Source of the DNA: a virus
Taxonomy: Duplodnaviria > Caudoviricetes
Virus record (IMG/VR): IMGVR_UViG_3300005764_000038
Span: 1 to 37,113 of that record
Length of the DNA: 37,113 nucleotides
Direction: 5' to 3' (one strand)
The notes beneath the pieces are model-generated. The model did not search any database. It was not told the DNA's origin and saw only the letters and a program-made list of their open reading frames with translations. Numbering within the stretch: position 1 is the first letter of the stretch; each line of letters starts with the position of its first letter. A program made the translations under genes and the position numbers. Positions 34,389 through 37,113 of the stretch are shown piece after piece.

Positions 34389-35402
34389 TTAAAGAGCCGC
34401 GGCCGCCTTAGCGCCCGTATCGACCCAACCCTTCACCGCGTTCGTTTCGTTTTCTGCATTCTTCTCCTGAATTCCGACGTTGATTCGCGCGGCATTTTGA
34501 TAAGCCTGCTGGTTTTGATCCTGCTGATGTTGCGTGCCTCCATACAGCTGCGTCCCGTACACGTTCGTGAGACCCGCCAGCGCTTGGTTCAGACTTGCGC
34601 GTGCCTGGTTTTGCTCTTCGGCTCCCGTGATTGCCGCCTGCCGCGCGGCGCCGAGATTTGTTTCTGCGTTCTGTCGCATGGCGGCCCCATATAGAGCGGC
34701 CCTTTGCGCGCCCGTTCCGCGAGCGCTTGCCGCCGCACCGAGCGTTCTGCGAGCCGCGTCGTCCGCGGCCTGGCCATAATAGTTCAAAGCCGCACTCGGT
34801 CCTCGCCCTTGAGAAGCCGAAAGAAGGGAGCTGATCAAGGGTTGGTATGCTGCGCTCGCCTCGTTCAGAAGACGCGCTCGATCGGACTGGTTTTGGATCG
34901 CCAAAATATCCGGCTTCTGCGGTTCTTGTGCGCCGAGCGCCTGAAACTGTTTAATCAGATCCTTCGATCCCATGGGATCGGCCTGAATCCGATTTTTCAG
35001 ATCGTTCATCTGTTGCGACCAAGCATCATGACGCGCCTGGTATTCAGCCTGCGCACCCGTTACAGCAGCTACGTCCCCCGCATCAGGCAGGGTCGCCTGC
35101 AACGCGGGATCGACGCTGACGTCACTCTGTCCCATGAGCGTTTGAAGAAAGTTTCGGTCGCCCTGATGCACAGCACCCGTGGAAGTCGGCGCATAGGAGC
35201 CCGATGTGCCACCCGCAATCGGGGCAGCCTGATTACCGGAGACACCCGGCTGATAAGGCGCTCCACCCGGCGCAGGATTCGGCGCGGAGGAATTGCCAGC
35301 GTTCTGCGACGGCTCCATAAAAGTACCCGTGTATGGGGTGCGCTGCTGAGCGGCTAACGACTCTTCTTCTTTGCGCCGGTAGTAATCTTCAAGCGCGCCC
35401 AT
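34389..35402 (-). CDS. Internal virion / ejection (pilot-like) protein (337 aa)
   Basis: Q/A/G-rich with a GRGPSAAL motif. Directly after tail tubular B. Confidence 0.65.
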   Translation of the reverse strand: MGALEDYYRRKEEESLAAQQRTPYTGTFMEPSQNAGNSSAPNPAPGGAPYQPGVSGNQAAPIAGGTSGSYAPTSTGAVHQGDRNFLQTLMGQSDVSVDPALQATLPDAGDVAAVTGAQAEYQARHDAWSQQMNDLKNRIQADPMGSKDLIKQFQALGAQEPQKPDILAIQNQSDRARLLNEASAAYQPLISSLLSASQGRGPSAALNYYGQAADDAARRTLGAAASARGTGAQRAALYGAAMRQNAETNLGAARQAAITGAEEQNQARASLNQALAGLTNVYGTQLYGGTQHQQDQNQQAYQNAARINVGIQEKNAENETNAVKGWVDTGAKAAAAL

Positions 35403-35405
35403 GGA

Positions 35406-37113
35406 TCACCTCATTCCAATCTGTGCCATTTGCGGTGTCTGCTTCTTCAGGCCGAGCTCAAGCGCAAGCCCCGTAAACGAGGCGCTGGCCCCCGCCGGAC
35501 TGCCGAGCTTCGGCCCATCGGCAATGGTCACCTGACAGAATGCTGCGGTTTGGTCGCGCAGGTGCATCTTCAGCGCATACGTGAAGAGAGCCCCCGTCGC
35601 GGCGTCCGGCCACGTGAAAGACTGCGAGAGCGGAAGAGCCCCCGTCGGGTGGTGAAACGTGTCGATCTTCACCGTCAGGTCATGCACGCCGAGGCGCGTT
35701 CCGAGCACCGATAGCCATCGCGCGCGCGTGAAGGCCTGCGTCGAGCCGGGATTGAGCATGGCGGTTTTGAGCTCGGTATAGATCCATTGGCCACCCGGAT
35801 CGGCGTAGCCCTCCTCTCGATAGAGAAGCGGGCTTGCCTGGATTGTGGAAAAGACCCCGTCCGGAGTGACCGCAAACGAAGTATGAAAAGTAAAGGCCGT
35901 GCCGAGCTCATTGGGGAAACCGATCTGATCGACCGACCACACGTTGTGGGCCCAATCGTACACGATGGTGCGGCCGTCGAAAGAGTCGACGATGGTACGC
36001 GCGTCCGCCATGGCCCAGTAAATGAACTCTTTGTCGGGGACCACGAGCGACGCGAGCGTGAACGGAAACGCGCTTACCGTGTCTTCCACGTTGCCACCCA
36101 CACGAGCAATGTCCGTCTTCCGATTCATCAGGCAAAACCCGGTCGTCGCCTGATAGATGATGCCATTGGGGAAGGTAACGACGCTTTCGGCCGAGATGCA
36201 CCCGTGTGGAGAGTTTAGATGGAAGGGTTCTTGATAGTCGGAGTTCAGTCCCTTCCGGTCGGGGCCGTCACCTGTGATGAGATAGATCCCGTTCTTGCAA
36301 AGGATGACGAGCTTTTCGTCGATCGTCGCAAGCGCCACGCACTCGTCGGGGACGTCTATCACGAGATCCGGATGCCACCCGGGAAGCTCCCCAGCGTCAT
36401 ACGTGTGCGTGAAAACGACCTTCTTCCGGTTCTCGGCCGAGATCCCAAAGAGTCGGTTTCGGTGCGTGTGAATGTATGAGAGCGCGGGCGGGCTCCAGTT
36501 TTCGAGAATATCCCCGTGCGTGTAAACCTTCCGGTGTTGAATGGCCGCGGCGTCCGCTTGCTGGACCGTGATGGAAAGCGCGACGGGTCCCGGGTAGGCG
36601 TTAGCGAAGCCGCTCGAAACCGTAAAGTCGCCCTCGGCGTAGTAAATCGTTCCGTTCGCCTCGGTGCGATACGCACGGCAAACGCTCCCGCCTGCGTTGC
36701 TGAGCTCTTGCCACTTGCGAGTGAGATTCAGAGTGGGCGCGGTGATTGTGATCTTGTCGTTCGCCACCGTCGGGATATTCGTGGCCGTCGGGGATAGATG
36801 CACGAGCGCAGGCGCGCTTTGTACGATGTCACCAGTCGCGAGCCGGTATTCGAAAACGAGCTCGGCCCCGTACTGGCCTGCCGTCAGGTTTCCGCCTGAG
36901 CCCGCTGCAACGGCCTTGCCGTTCTCAGGGGGTACGAGGAAGCCGTACTCTTGCAGCGCAACGCCGTCCCACACTTGGGGAACGCCACCCGAAAACACGA
37001 CGTTGTCACCGATGCGCTCCGCGAAGATAGGCGGAATATTCGTGATCCGTTGACGGCACAGATCGACGCCAGGCCGGCCGACAATTGCGCCCGTGTCGGT
37101 GCCCGCTGTGATG
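35406..37113 (-). CDS. Tail tubular protein B / gp10-like protein, C-terminal part
   Basis: The frame stays open from 36998 to the window end. Beta-propeller-like motifs HRNRLF, LVILCKNGIYLITGDGP, HGCIS and TIVYDWAHNVWS. Confidence 0.8.
   Translation of the reverse strand, partial: ITAGTDTGAIVGRPGVDLCRQRITNIPPIFAERIGDNVVFSGGVPQVWDGVALQEYGFLVPPENGKAVAAGSGGNLTAGQYGAELVFEYRLATGDIVQSAPALVHLSPTATNIPTVANDKITITAPTLNLTRKWQELSNAGGSVCRAYRTEANGTIYYAEGDFTVSSGFANAYPGPVALSITVQQADAAAIQHRKVYTHGDILENWSPPALSYIHTHRNRLFGISAENRKKVVFTHTYDAGELPGWHPDLVIDVPDECVALATIDEKLVILCKNGIYLITGDGPDRKGLNSDYQEPFHLNSPHGCISAESVVTFPNGIIYQATTGFCLMNRKTDIARVGGNVEDTVSAFPFTLASLVVPDKEFIYWAMADARTIVDSFDGRTIVYDWAHNVWSVDQIGFPNELGTAFTFHTSFAVTPDGVFSTIQASPLLYREEGYADPGGQWIYTELKTAMLNPGSTQAFTRARWLSVLGTRLGVHDLTVKIDTFHHPTGALPLSQSFTWPDAATGALFTYALKMHLRDQTAAFCQVTIADGPKLGSPAGASASFTGLALELGLKKQTPQMAQIGMR

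Larger units (their letters stand above)
1..37113. mobile_element. Temperate podovirus-type bacteriophage genome, apparently near-complete and circularly permuted
   Basis: Terminase, portal, capsid, tail and ejection genes plus integrase, repressor pair and replication initiator. No host housekeeping genes. One ORF runs off the left end and continues in from the right end. Confidence 0.9.

Overview
This window looks like a nearly complete, circularly permuted, high-GC genome of a temperate short-tailed (podovirus-type, P22/Mx8-like architecture) phage. The host is probably a myxobacterium (Myxococcota/Polyangiaceae), inferred from a typical TGG-repeat/Cys-rich lipoprotein. Virion genes lie on the minus strand: TerS, TerL, portal, scaffold, capsid, adaptor, two LamG-like proteins and three ejection-type proteins. 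A tail tubular B/gp10-like gene is split across the two window ends and rejoins in frame through a 2-nt TG overlap. A divergent cro/cI-like switch at about 23.8 kb drives a leftward operon (xis, tyrosine integrase, probable attP, sigma-region-4 protein, replication initiator, orphan DUF2442, terminases). A rightward arm carries a PolA-type 5'-3' exonuclease fused to a RecT-like annealing domain, then a PhyH dioxygenase plus TylF-type O-methyltransferase pair. A 4-kb plus-strand cassette separates the terminase genes from the portal. The most notable items are the one-polypeptide exonuclease-annealase, the dioxygenase/methyltransferase pair, two palindromic operator families (AGYAC-N4-GTACT and LexA-like GTGAAC-N4-GTTCAC), and an attP placed so that integration would split the early operon. 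No lysis genes were recognised. All product calls come from motif recognition and gene order, not database searches.
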